The position numbers were made by a program, and so were the translations under genes. This document shows positions 49,026 through 62,283 of a stretch of 64,000 nt of DNA, one piece after another; position 1 is the stretch's first letter, and every line of letters starts with the position of its first letter. The DNA is from Tilletiaria anomala UBC 951 (Eukaryota). The stretch spans positions 186,001 through 250,000 of the forward strand of contig NW_013547017.1 in NCBI RefSeq assembly GCF_000711695.1. Reading direction: 5' to 3'. The notes under the pieces are model-generated. The model saw only the letters and a program-made list of their open reading frames with translations. It had not been told where the DNA came from and made no database searches.

Positions 49026-49961
49026 CTATTGCTTTCCCACCTGTCTTTCCGCCAAGACCTTTTCTTGCCTTGTCTTCGCCGCCTTGTAGATGATATCCTC
49101 GTTGAATGTACTCTTCCAGCTCCGCCGCGTGCTGACGGCCTCCCACCACTGCGCCACCCGCGCAAATATGTCGTCGCCGCCCGTCAGCGCCTTGTGCACG
49201 TCTCCGCCTCCCAAGGGGTCGAGGATGCCTCTCTTGCTGAAGAAAATGAGGCGACCAATGAACGGCGCGATAGCAAGGTCCGCGAGAGTGTACTGCTTGC
49301 CGAATACGAAAGGTCCGCTGTCCTCACTTCCTGACGTAGGCGATAACCAGAGTTGGAAGGTCGAGATGGCGGAGAGGAGAGACGGGAGAGAGTCTGCCTT
49401 GCCTCGGTACAACAGTAATATCCAGGGCGGGCCAAAGATATGAGAGAATCGCTCGATGTAGTACCTCGCTTTTGCTCGCTCGACGGCACTGCATAACGCA
49501 CAACATCAAAAGTTCGAGGTCACTAGGGCGCTATATGAGATCCTTTCGCCAAGTCACGCGCCTCTTCGGCAGAAGCCCGGCCGATTGGTACTCCTCACCG
49601 ATGTACTCGGAAATGACGAGCGACTCGGGTAACTTTACGGTGCCCTTGTCTTTGGTGACGCCGCCGTTGTCGGCCGAGTCGGACGGGTTCAAGACGAGTA
49701 CGGGGACTTTGGAAGCAGAGTTGACTCTTTCGTTGTACACTGATGGCTTGTCGGCCAGGTCGACTGACATGCAGAAGCTATTAGAAACGTGGAGAACAGT
49801 ACTTCGTCAATGGTCTTCATAACCGAGAGTAAGCTGCAATGCTTTTGGAGAAACGCACTATCGTACCGGTCATACTTGACTCCAGCTTCCTCGAGCGCAA
49901 TCAAGCTGCGCTGAGCGTACGGACAGACTTTGGCAGTGTAAATGAGAGGTTGCTGGACCAT
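49026..49961 (-). CDS. Glutathione S-transferase, omega-like (Cys-GST)
   Basis: Active-site CPYAQR, KVPVL, ESLVISEYI and C-terminal GPFVFGKQYTLADLAIAPFIGR. Two introns. Confidence 0.9.
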
Positions 49962-50806
49962 CTTGGAGAAGCAACTGTCAACTCGGTGCACTGCGCGCAC
50001 TTGGTGAGGACGAAAGACTTCACTCGAGGACCTTGGAGAGCTCGCTATATATGCCGAAGGGGAGTGTTGACATTCTGGTATGTACTCAGAAGAAGCGGCA
50101 ATCAAGTACCGGGCCGATTGTCGAAGATAGAACTACTTTGATCGTGCAAAGGGGATCATGGGGCCCGCAGCTGTGGAGCCAATACGAGAGGGAGAGGCGA
50201 TGACGACACAATTAAAGCCTATAACGACTCGGGGTCGACGATAAGGGGGCCGCATCATTTGGACGGCTGTAAAGGGGTTATCCCCGACGCCCGGCGCTAC
50301 GCCACGACATCACATAGCACACACTCTTGCGAAAGGCTGCACTTCACTTTGTAGCTAGACTCTTCAGGACGCCTGAACCCTACTTTGGGATGTCTTCCTA
50401 CTAGCGTCCGCGCACTGTCAGCGGAGGAAAGGAGGCTTGAGCGGGCGCAGGTAGAACGAACAGCACTTGACCTCTCTCCTTTCAGCACCAAAGCACCACA
50501 CCAACTCACCACCAACGCTTACGTATTGAAGTAGAGAAGCATCGGGTACTCTACTGGCTATTCCAATCAGCACACGTTGAACATCCAGCAGTTAGGTCAG
50601 CTCTGGAATACGCAGAACACAGGTGGAAAGCATATTCTACCTCACACCTTCAGCACGCGCGACCGTCGCCGCACCGCCATCCCGCTCGGTCATTGCATCG
50701 GGGGCAAAACTAGCTTCAATTGCAAGGTATACAAATAACTGCTTGCGATTCGATCTGAATCTCGATTGACATGCTCATGCAAGACTCGATCGATCTCGCA
50801 TTGAAG

Positions 50807-52778
50807 ATGACTACCGGCCTTCCCACCAAGCTGATCCTCAAGGCTTCCGCCGCCCACCCCAAGCCAGAAGGCGTCACATTCAGCTATGGCACCGCCGGCT
50901 TGCGCACCAAGTGAGCTCGATAGAGTGTATTGTGATGGTGACATACGAGTAACCGATCGCGCTGACTTTAGATACTTCTTCTTTGCAGAGCAGCAGTGCT
51001 GGACAGTGTATGCTTCCGCATGGGGTTGATCGGCGCTTTGAGAAGCAAGCGACTGCAAGGCAAGGTCGTCGGTCTCATGGTCACCGCCAGTCACAATCCA
51101 GAAGAAGTGAATGAAGGCAGGAGCCCGCCATGTTTGGGGCTATTGTTATTTTGATCTGACGTCTGGTACTTCTATAACTCTCTTAGGACAATGGAATCAA
51201 AGCAGTCGATTCTCGCGGCGAGATGCTCGAAGCTGCCTGGGAGCCGTTCTGCACACAGCTGGCCAATGCCTCAACCGACGATGAACTCATCTCCGTCCTC
51301 GAGTCCATCATTATCACATTCAAGATCGATCTCTCCATCCCAGCAACAGTTGTATACGGTCATGATACCAGGCCCTCGTCCCCGCATCTCGTCAAGGCCC
51401 TCGTCGATGGCCTTGTAGCTTTCGGCACGCAGCTCATTGATGCAGGACTCAAGACCACGCCGCAGCTGCATTACCTCGTCAAGGCGCACAATACAAAGGG
51501 CACGCCCGAAGCATATGGAGAACCGAGCGAGGAAGGCTATTACAAGAAGATCAGCCAGGCATACCTCAAACTTGTAGTAAGTTTGCACCAGAGCTGCTTG
51601 CCTGCAGGAATATGAGGTAGAGAATGCCGGGCGCCGGCTTAACTTTGCTTCACTTCTACCCTCGCGTAGGCTGGTAAACCATCACTATCTCCCCTTGTAG
51701 TCGACTGCGCAAACGGCGTTGGTGCACCAGCGCTGCTCGCAATCACCAAGTACATCGCAGCCGACGCACTTCCGGTTCGCATCCTCAGGACCTCCACCGG
51801 CGTTCAAGGCGCATTGAACAATGGCTGCGGCGCCGACTTTGTCAAGACGAATCAGCGCCTACCAATTGGGTTAGAAAAGGACGGCATCGAGGCCGGAGAT
51901 CGATTGTGCGCTTTCGACGGCGATGCAGATCGTTTGATTTATTTCTACTGCAACGGCCCGCCAAGCACCAAATCCAGCTTTCGCTTGCTGGACGGTGACA
52001 AGATCGCATCGCTGGCCACGGATTACATCTCGGAGCTTGTCAAGAAGGCAGACATCGACATTAAAGTCGGTTGCGTGCAGACCGCTTATGCGAATGGCAG
52101 CTCGACAAAATATCTCAAGCAGGTTTGTTTGCTAGCATTCTGTGGAATATCCACCCAGTAGACTGACCATGCGTGTGCTCCGTGGCATTTTGACAGCGCG
52201 TGCCCGTCACCTGCACACCCACTGGTGTAAAATATCTCCACCATGCGGCGGAAGCGTACGACATTGGGGTATACTTTGAAGCCAATGGGCACGGTACGGT
52301 GCTCTTTTCGCCCGAGGCGGTCCGTACCATCAAAGCAGCTCAGGCGTCACCCTCCTCGCCAGCAGCACAGGATGCGCTCGAGCAACTGGAACAGCTGACA
52401 GAGCTGATCAACCAGACTGTCGGAGATGCGATCTCCGACATGCTCCTCGTCGAGTTCATCCTCCGCGCACGGCAGTGGGGACCTGAGGAGTGGGATGGTG
52501 CGTACGAAGACCTGCCGAACAAGCTGCTCAAAGTCAACGTCAAAGATCGCAGCGCCTTCAAGACGACCGATGCGGAGCGGCGCCTGACTAGCCCGGCAGG
52601 CTTGCAGGAGAAGATCGATGAGCTGGTGGGCAAGTACAAAGGCGCAAGAAGCTTCGTCCGGCCTAGTGGCACCGAAGATTGCGTACGAGTCTATGCAGAG
52701 ACGGCGCTGGCTAGTGACCTCGATTCGCTCGCAAATGGGGTGGCCAAGCTAGTGCAGGAAAGCAGCGGGTCAACTTAA
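50807..52778 (+). CDS. PCM1: Phosphoacetylglucosamine mutase
   Basis: YGTAGLR, VTASHNP (catalytic Ser), DTRPSS, DCANGVG, FDGDADR, YFEANGHGT, INQTVGDAISD, FVRPSGTEDCVRVYAE. Several short introns. Confidence 0.96.
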
Positions 52779-53289
52779 AACTCGCATACACAAGGAAATC
52801 AAACTGGCGTACATGTCAAATACAAAAAGGAGTTGTGATCAAGCCGGAAACTATAGATAACGCCTTTCACATCGTCTGGTATAACCAGGAAGCCTGGCAA
52901 CGCTGGATCGCTCATTACTTGTAGCTTCTCTATCTCTGGCAGCCTCGCTGAATCGCATGCCGCTGCAATTGCCGCCTGAGGCCTGTTGGAGGGCTAGAGG
53001 CTATTAAAGACCATGTGGCCCAAGTTTCAATATATTCGGGTGTGGAAAGCGCTTCCTATGGTCATACGTAAAAAAAGCTCGCGTGATGTTGACGTAACAC
53101 ACCCAAGCGCACATTCAGGTTGGCAGTACGTCCCCGTCTCCACCTCCCCACCTCCCTGAGAATGACCAATGTAGCAATTCTGACCCGAGAGCCAGGAATC
53201 GAGTACCTGGCTGTCGAAGAAGCAATAGTAATAACACGGCACACGCAGCGAGCTTCCTCATCAACCCATAACCCGTCAGGTCAAACGCC

Positions 53290-55489
53290 ATGTCCTCCAG
53301 TAACGCTCGGAATCATGACTCCGTCCCCCTCTTGCATGCCGACGAGGACGAGGCGGACACCCGATTCACTATAGCTGAGGAGGTTGAAGTTCGCGAACAT
53401 CATGACCGAGGCGAGTCGTCATCCTCGGGAGCAGCAGGGCGCAGGATCTCAGCATCAGAATCGTCATTGGCAGGCGGAGGTTCAATAGGAGGCTATCGGT
53501 ATGAGATTCAAGACTCAGCGGGCGAGTCAGCATCGTCCTCTGCAAATGCCAAGTACCCTCCATTGCCGCCTTCGTATGACGACGTGATCCGAGAAAATCG
53601 CAACAAGACTTCCTTCTACTCCACTGTCAGCCAGCACATCTCCTCACTACCGCAATGCGTGCCGGAGGGATTGAGAGATAGCGCAAAGGAGGGTTGGAGA
53701 AAGCTCAAGATGTTGGTTTGGAAGCTGTGGCCTTCATCGAGGCTTGCACACACTTTCCTCATCCTTGCAGGCCTGTGGGTGCTTGTCGTGCTCACAGGCC
53801 CTTCTTTCGAAAGCTTCTCGTCTGGTGGCGACGCTGGCGTTGCTTGGAAGTGGGAGGATATCAAAGTACGTTATCACTGCTCAGATTGCTGCGATGCGCG
53901 CACCGCCTTGCTGAACAGCTTCATGATTTTGGCGCCTAGCCTTATGAGGAGCCGCCTTTGCCATTCAAAGGAGACGGAGAGATTCGCCAAAATGCAACTT
54001 GGACCCTTGAAGGCTGTGCCGCCGAGGCGGATCAATCTGGGTGGTTCTGGGGGACCTGGTGCTACTCCAAAACCAACTTTGAGCTCACCGTGCCGCCATC
54101 ATTCGGTGCGGGAGACAGGCTCTACATCCTTGCAGATCCGCCGCATGGCAATGTTCCGTCAAACGATCATCGGGGCACTGTGAGAGGGGTAGTCCGCTTC
54201 GTCGAGGAAAAGGAGGACAGGGGACCGGTAGGAGATGGGAAGGCACGGATCAAGGTGCACGTCAAAGCTCGATATTCCAAGGTGGCTGAGCGCTACTTTA
54301 GAGGTGTCACTGTTGCGCGGATAGGACTCGGCCGCTATGACGAAGGCATCGGCATTTACGTGAGTCTTGCGCCTGTCTTGAAAACATCACCCTACAGAGT
54401 TCTGAAAAGCCTGTTGGCCTCCTCATCTAGACCCGCCCTTCATTTCCGCATATGGGGCGGATTGGCCAACAGGAACCGCTTACGTTCGAAGTGATTATCA
54501 GGATCCCGAAGCATACACCAATCCCCCAGTTCGAAGTCACGACTAGTGCAATGGATGTTGTCGTTTTCGACGGCGATGCAGGTGATGCAACCTCAACTGA
54601 GACGTCCGCGCTTTCGTCTCGCCACTTTGACATTATTCATTCGGACCGGTCTACCAAGACGCATTTCGGCAACTTGTACATCTCGAGTGACGCTGGTCTC
54701 ATTGGTATTGGCAGAAGCCTCGGGCGGCCGCTGCGTGCCGACGGAACTGTCAAGCTGCACACCAAGACGGGAAATATTGCCATTGCCGGAGATGTGGCCG
54801 CACAGATGTTGGACTTCCGGAGTGAGAGCGGGGGCATCCGGCTGCTCAAGCACATTAAGGTGGAGGCATGGCGAGAAGGGACGCTGATGACGCAGGACGC
54901 TGTTATCTTTCTGGAGCAGGGCAGCCTGGTTCGAGGGACAACACTTGTTGCAAGTACGCAGAATGGAAGGATCGACAGCAACGGCCGGGGAATTGGCCGT
55001 GGCGTCTGGTACGCGAACCACAGCCTCAGCCTCACAAGTCAGACCGGGCACATTGGTGCCAACATTGGAGTGGAGAAACCGCAGGCGGCTGGCTTCAGAC
55101 CCAAGGAAGGTTTCCCCCGGAAGGTCACAGTGAAGACATCCACACTAGAGAGCAGCGTGGACATCGTCTATGTCGAGCAAGCCGACGACGTTCCGCTCGA
55201 TGTGGTAGCACATTCGGACAAAGGTGCAGTGAGCGTAGCGCTGCATCCGAACTTCGTCGGGAGCGTCCACCTGCAAGGCTCGTCCAGCAGCGATGCGGTG
55301 AATCCGAATCGGGGCAAAGGCCCAAAGGGACACGAGCGACACTTGGAGGTGAATAGGAAGAAAGAAGGCTGGTCCAAGTTTATGGCCGACGGCAAGATCT
55401 GGCGCGATAATGCAAAGGAGATCGGGGAGCAGTCTTCTGTTACAGTGACGACGTCGGTTGGGCGGGCCAAGCTGCGCTTTGACTCTTGA
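53290..55489 (+). CDS. Single-pass membrane protein with a beta-rich (adhesin/DUF4097-like) ectodomain
   Basis: Disordered N-terminus with PPSY, one TM (TFLILAGLWVLVVL), then repeated (T/S)xxGxI beta-strand units (SDAGLI, TKTGNI, SESGGI, TQNGRI, SQTGHI, SDKGAV). Two introns. Confidence 0.65.
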
Positions 55490-55696
55490 ACCGGCCCCCG
55501 GCAAGTTCGCTCTGCCTATTGGCTTCTCGTTTCGTCGCTGCAAGCTCCTTCCCACACAAGCTCCTTCACTTGTATTTTTTCCAGCATTCATTCGCAAATG
55601 ATTCTTAGAGTAATTGAAGTTGGCAAATATGCGCAATGACAATGTGTACGATACTAATACAAGAGAGGCATGTTGCGCATTGACGCTGTACGCTCC

Positions 55697-56234
55697 TCAT
55701 GCCTCCGGGCCTTCACCTCCCGGGATGAGCTGCGGTCCGAAAGGTCATCCGTCAGTCTCGGTGCGCTTTCTTGGATGGAACAAAAATGAGCCAGTCAACA
55801 TACAATGCAGATGTTATTCCCATTCAACAATGTTTGCCCCAGTTTAGTCTTCTTTCTCCCCTCGGGTGTCGTCTCACTGCAAAGGCGAAGAATGTATCGG
55901 ATGAGCCTCTGTCATTCCAAAAGGGGGAGAGAGTAGATACTTCTCACAATTCGGTAACATCATCAAGCACCATGTCTGCGTTCAGAGGATGGAGGTAGAA
56001 AGACAACCTGGTCAACGCTTAAAGAGTCCTGTGTGCGCCACCACGATAGGCAGAGAAGAGTCAGGTAAATGGCCACTCACTGACGTAGTCATCGAATCCG
56101 AGCAGCGTGCCGACAAATTCGCGATTGGTCTTCATAACCACCCAGATGGAAGAGCCGATGCAGCGATCGATCAGCTCGAGAGGCAAGATTGAGCTAACGC
56201 CCCCGCCTGTTGGCGGTGCAGCTGCTGAAGACAT
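55697..56234 (-). CDS. LSM5: U6 snRNA-associated Sm-like protein LSm5
   Basis: [45 protein letters not shown]...[19 protein letters not shown]. Three introns. Confidence 0.96.
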
Positions 56235-56965
56235 GATATCTCGCTTGGCGCGGCTCTGCGCTGAGCTGTTAGCGGACACTAGGATGGGAGTGTCACACTC
56301 TCAGCTCTTCGCCCTTAACGTGTCACTGCAGTGAAGCGCAGATGTTCTGGACACGAAGCACGTTGGGAGAAATGCAACAGTATACACTAATGCATCGTGG
56401 TTGAGATGAAGAGGTTCAGACCAGAGTCGCGATGTTCATTCTCGGCCGATAAAATCGCCGCCTCTCGCTCATAATGAGACGCTCATCATAAACATCCTCC
56501 AGTGTCTCAACTGGTCATGGATCATGAAGATGATGTCGCGAATAGCCTCGACGGCAGAGTGACGCGAGCAGAACATGTCACGCCACAGACTGTCCCGAAT
56601 TACGCACTTTCAAATACTGTTACCACTGCATGTTCGAATTACAAGGAAATGCGCGACCAGCGCGCTAACTGATTATGCAGTGAGATTTCTTTTGGGGGGG
56701 GGTGAAGAAATGAAAGCATTGAATTGGCGTGTCAAGGAGTGTTGTGCGTGTTCGCAACAAATCGACTCAAGGTGTCACCTGGAGCATGCGTTGTGTTGTA
56801 TACCAGTAATGGTCCATTTAAGGTGTATCGAGCATGTTGTTCGTTCCATTGCAAAAAGGCCGTGATGGTGGGAAATTGTCCGTGTGCGTTCCATTGCAGA
56901 GACACCCGTCTCGATGTCCCAAAGAACCAAAAAAGAAAGTGCCCCAGTCGTCACCACCCCTGTCC

Positions 56966-58605
56966 TCAGAGTAGTGAAGCAGCGGCAACGGTGAGCCCAG
57001 CGGTGACGAGACCAGCAGAGACAACAACAACTTTCGCTGCGCTCGACTTGCTGCTGTTGCTCGAGCTACTCCCCTTGCCCTTCCCCTTGGCGCTGGTGCT
57101 CGCAAGCGCATTCTTCGTGTCAATGCCGTTGACAAACAAGCGCTGTTGCGCAGCTACCGAGCTGAACATCTTGTAGTCTTGGTGCGAAGTGTTGGCGACA
57201 TAATCGAAAGTATGACCGCTCGCGGCGGGGATCTGAGCGAGGGTCGCTTGCAGGTTCACACCGCGCGTCAAGTGCGTCGGGCCTTGGTATTGGGCCTGTC
57301 ATGACAACGTGGAGAGGAAGAGAGAAGTCAGCGGGGACGAAAGTGAAAGAGATCGCTCGCATGTGGGGTGAGCAGCAAATCTCACCTCGCAATGCGTGTC
57401 ACCAGGACCGTTATCGAGAAGACCAAGGTTGTAGTGCACCTGTCGCCCAAAGTACGTGTTGAGCGTTTCCTGCTTGTCGAAACCCTTCCTGGCGTACGCC
57501 GGGATGTTCTTGGGATCTGTATCGTTCACGCCGTAAGGCCACTCATCAAACTGACCCGGACATGTGCCATTGTTCATGACAGGCCTCGTGCTAGTAGGCC
57601 AGACGTACGCTCCGCAGTTGCCCGTCCAGAACGCAATGTTGGGGTCGTTCTCGTTAGGGGTGCGGAGCATGGCATACCGCTGCGTGAAGGTGCCCCCGAG
57701 GGAGTGGCCCGCGACAAAAACATTGTTGAGTGAGGAATATGACTTGTTGCTGAAGAACGAGTTGATGAGGACATCAAAAGCGTGGAAGCTCGATGGATTG
57801 GCGGACCCGGGACCCGAGGCAAGTGCGCCACTTGCCCAGCTACTTCCTGGCCAGTAGAGATCGTTGGCTTGCGCTGCTCCCGCTTTTGCATCATTCTCGT
57901 TCAACCAGGCAGGAGCAACCACCAGAATGGTCGAGAGGTCGACGCCCATGGTCTTGTTACCCGCCGCGCAGATGAGACTATTGCGGATCAGATTCGAGTA
58001 TCTGGGCAGCAGGGAACAGGTTGAACTTAGCTGACAGTCTCACATACGATGACAAGCAAAGAGGCTCAATTTTAAGTTGGAAGAGCGGGATAAACTCACT
58101 TCCAGCTGTCGCGCGGCTTGCCCGGCTGCGCAAAGATGATGCGCTTGACTTTGCTGGGGTCTTTGCCGTGCTCCATAAAGTACGGCAAGACAGTGTCCCC
58201 ATCGACCTTAACGTCGCGCATCAGGTCAAAGCCTAGGATGTTCGGCAATGCTTGCCAACCACCGTCGTCGGACCCGGCCACGGCAGCGCTGCCGATGAAG
58301 ATCGTGTCGCAATGGGGCACCTGCGAGTTGTCGTCCGCACCGAGGCTGTCGTCGATGACGACGTACTGCCCAGCTGCATCCTGCGCCCTTGCACCCGGCG
58401 CAGTAGATCCATTTTTGTACGACGAGGCCATGTAGCTGTTGATGTCGAGTATGTTGGCAGAGGCCTGGCGGCTCGATAGGACGTTGTTGGGTGCGACGAT
58501 GTTGCCTGGGAGAAGGCGAGCGGGGTGACTGCCAAAGGCCGAGACACCGCTGGCTGCGCCAAGCGCAGCGAGCCCCGCTTTTGCTTTCACCGCGGTGACC
58601 TTCAT
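56966..58605 (-). CDS. Secreted alpha/beta-hydrolase (esterase-like), probably GPI-anchored
   Basis: Signal peptide MKVTAVKAKAGLAALGAASGVSA, nucleophile elbow AGHSLGG, late GHT, S-rich linker and hydrophobic C-terminus (VVVVSAGLVTAGLTVAAASLL*). Contains introns. Confidence 0.8.
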
Positions 58606-60819
58606 GATGACCGCGTCGGATGAACGACGGTGAGGGTACGATAGATCGAGAGAACAGGTGGCGAGAATGTGCTGGGGCAGTGAAAACAAAAGAAAAATTG
58701 GCGCCGCCTGCTGGAGGGTGCCAGATCGCGAAGCAAGTGTGGGGAATGGAAAGAGGGTGTCTATGTTTGTATGAAGAGGGGGGAGACGCGCAAGAAGGTC
58801 CGCGCAGCAAACAGAAGCCGAATGCGGCTAGAGAGACGACGAAGGAAGCATGAAGACCAAAGCCGACAGAGAGCGATGACGGTGGCTTGAGGAGGTATTA
58901 CTCGGCGCGACCCCCCTTTCCAGATGTCCGGCCAGACATGAACCACTAAGTGAAGCTGGCGTGATGGCATTAGGACGCAGTCCGCTGGATTCTGGGTAGA
59001 AGCTCCTCTACACCCACCCGGCCAGGCTGCCGACTCTACTTTGCAGGCGCAGGCAGCCGCAGTGCGGTGCGCGCTGTGCCGCACTAATGTGTGCTTCACG
59101 GCGTTCCCAAGAGGCACACAAGGCACGACACATCTCAACAGGCAAAAACTCCCGCAAAGCACAAAGAGAGGTCAACCCGACCGGCTCGCGCGGAATGCTT
59201 GTCTGCAGAGAGAGCTGTAGTGGAAGTCAAGATGGCGAGCAGAATCACTCGACCATTGGCAATTTGACATGCTCTCGGCAACTAAGCCGGCAGTCCTGCC
59301 CTTTATACACGCTCCGGCCTGCTCAGAATTGTAGGCGAAGGCAGGCGCAGGAGTGGCGCAGGTCGTAGCAGCCGCCAGGCTTTCCCAGACATTGAAGCGA
59401 CTGCCAATGTCAATGCCCAACCTCGCGCCCGACTGGGACGGGTGACCAGACCGGCGACCGCATAGGCCGTAACAAGCCGTACGACGTAGCCTCGTACATA
59501 CTTGCATGTAGATGAACGTCAGAGCACAGACCGACAGGCCAGAAGCCTTCCGGTCTGGGATGAAACTGAAAAGGCCTGGGACCTGCTTAGAGAATGTCTG
59601 GCGTGAGTATGTTTGATTCGACCTGAAGGCCTGAATCCCCATTGACGACCGCTGCTGTCAGAATATAATACAAGTACACATCGCAACTCACTAATCGCCA
59701 AATCTCGCCCCTGGGATGTGTCTCATAACCTCACACGTGCTGACAGCGATGTGTACGAGTAATTGCTGGCGATGAGGCGTTCGTATATGTTGCCTGCTTA
59801 TAAGACGAGGAATGCATCGCTCACGCCCCCCGAGGTTCTCGCTCATCGTCACGCTCACGAGTTATGCGTTACGAAGAGCACCTTCAGCGATCTCGGAGCA
59901 GTCAGAGGTTGGAGCATCGTGATGAAATTGTCTGAGCCTTCCGGATTCGTTTCGCCAGCCAATGTGCAGTAACTCCAATATCCATAATGCAAACTTCGTC
60001 GAAAAGCGTGACCTGCCTTTGCAAGCCCCGGCGCATTGGCCTATCAATCGGCGAGAAAAGCGTATCCATTACTCTCTGATGCACAGAACGTACGCAATAG
60101 CGACTATGTCTCTGATATGAATGCAACCGGAAGCCTTCTTGGCCTTCAATGCCGTCCAATATAGACCAGGCCGGTGCATGTGGATAGACGCCCTGGTCAT
60201 CTTCGGGCCATGTAGACAAGACATGCGGGTGTATATTGCATGCAGCGGTCCATTAACTTCTCCCCTGATCCGTCACAATTGCTGAACCGACGCAACGTAT
60301 AGTACTGACTCTTCGTTCTTACAAGGAAGCAGCAAGCGGCCGCCTAATAGGCCATGTAGCCTATGAAGCGAAAGGGTCAAGAATGTGCAAGAAGCCTAAT
60401 TTTTGGGATAATGGGAGTCTGACTAGACTTTTCCTCATGACATATCGCAAGGTGTAATCAGCATGAGCTTCAGACGATGGAAGCCCGCATTTCGCAAACA
60501 ATAGCGAGGCAGAAGAAGTTCAACGGAAGGGCAGAAAGTCTCGAAAGACCCAAGAGGGATGAGGCTCAGACCACAGTTCCGCCCCATCCCGATTCCCCGA
60601 CGGTGTCACAAAGCTGAGACTTGAAGAGAGTAGTGTGTGAGTGAGGGACATCTGCAAATGCATCATCCATAAATGATGCATTTGCCCAGCGATGACTGAT
60701 GAAGCCCAGGCCCAGCGCACTTGTCACTCAACAAGTCTTTGAAGTCACGATATGAGCTAGCTGCTAGGCCACGTCGCTATCAACATCACTGGTCATCCTT
60801 CGCACGCCCTGCATCTGCA

Positions 60820-61668
60820 ATGAACTCATTGCCCGTCATGGCAGCGCAATGGGACGCACAAAACGGCTCGACGGCGTCTACGTCGAGTCTGACGCTTGAC
60901 GGGACCACTCTTGGCCTCGCCACAGCAGATCATGTCGCGTACATGTGCCCCTTCCCGGGATGCAACACGATGATCATGAATTGGGGCATGGCACAAGAAC
61001 ACTCCATCTTGCATGCACAACAACAGACCCAGCAAGGCGGTCAGTCCCAACAGCAGATCCCAACGCCTGCAGCGAGTATGACCGCAACCGCGGCTGCAGC
61101 AGCAGCAGCAGCGGCAGCGGCAATAGCAAGCGCTGCTGCAGATCCGGTATCTCAGACCTTTCTTCCATTAAATACTGCGCTTCAAGCCGGCCCAGGGATG
61201 ATCGTTCCGCCGCCCAGCTGGCCGCTCAACGACGATGAGGCGGGGTCAAGCAAGCGAAAACGAAACAAGGCGTCAGACGGAAGCATCTTCGCATGTCCAG
61301 TGTGCGGGATTAAGGTGTCAAGGATAGACAGTCTTACGCGCCACACCAAACGGAAGCATCCGGAATACGCAGAAAACGGGACTGCCATCGATCCGGTATT
61401 TGATTCGCTGGGATCATCGTCCGCGACGGTAGCCGCCGCAGCCACGGGTGGCGCATCAGCGAGCTCGAATTTCAACCTGAGTACCAGTGCGAGCAAGAAA
61501 GTACCAAAGCCCGCAGCAAAGGCAAATGGGAGCGAAACATCGTCCACGCACTCGACGCCACAGCCGCAGAAGAAGTTCGAGTGTGCCATCTGTGGGACAG
61601 TGCTATCCAGAATAGACAGTTTGGCACGACATATGCGCAAGCAGCATGGGCAAGCGCCGCCGCCATAG
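60820..61668 (+). CDS. C2H2 zinc-finger protein
   Basis: FACPVCGIKVSRIDSLTRHTKRKH and FECAICGTVLSRIDSLARHMRKQH, plus a degenerate CPFPGC...H...H finger. Basic NLS-like KRKRNK and a polyA tract. Confidence 0.88.
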   Translation: MNSLPVMAAQWDAQNGSTASTSSLTLDGTTLGLATADHVAYMCPFPGCNTMIMNWGMAQEHSILHAQQQTQQGGQSQQQIPTPAASMTATAAAAAAAAAAAIASAAADPVSQTFLPLNTALQAGPGMIVPPPSWPLNDDEAGSSKRKRNKASDGSIFACPVCGIKVSRIDSLTRHTKRKHPEYAENGTAIDPVFDSLGSSSATVAAAATGGASASSNFNLSTSASKKVPKPAAKANGSETSSTHSTPQPQKKFECAICGTVLSRIDSLARHMRKQHGQAPPP

Positions 61669-62283
61669 TCAGAAGAAGAGTCATGATGAAAGGAAAAGCA
61701 TGCGGCTTGTTGGTACTCGGGTTGGTTTCCAGCCCAGCAAGAGCCGAGTGGTGCGTGGGTTCGATCCCAGCACAGCTTTCGAAGCAACAGGCTCGCCGCT
61801 TGCACCGGCATCGCCTTGAAAACGAGGTGCACAGCCACAGGATCCAGGCCCTCCCTTCGTGCAGGGCGGGCATTCATTGCCATGTAGGAAGGAGGAAGGA
61901 CCATCGGACGCTCAGCACAACAAAGAAGAGACAAGGAGGGTGTGCCAAGGTAATACTCGGAAACTCTGCATCCTAGCATTTGTATACTAGAACAATGTAT
62001 GCTTCTTCTTCGCTGCTTGAAATACGGCTTGTGGACAGCGGGACCTTGTTTCAGCTTCTTCAGCCGCGAATCGCGGGTCTCTACAGCCTAATCTCTTTGC
62101 TTGGCGGTTCAGATTCAGAGTTGCAGCGTTGCAGTAGGAAAACGTTCTTTATTTTTGTTTTCTTTAATTTTTGGGGACAAGTCGACAAGGCACGTCCACC
62201 GGTCCTGATGCCTTTTAATCGACAATGATTCACAATAACCGGTTGAGAACTGTGTAAGGATGCTATTGCGATCATTATGAACG

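Noticed and set aside
61700..61780. tRNA gene
   Set aside because: No acceptor stem or anticodon arm, and the T-arm pairing is incomplete.
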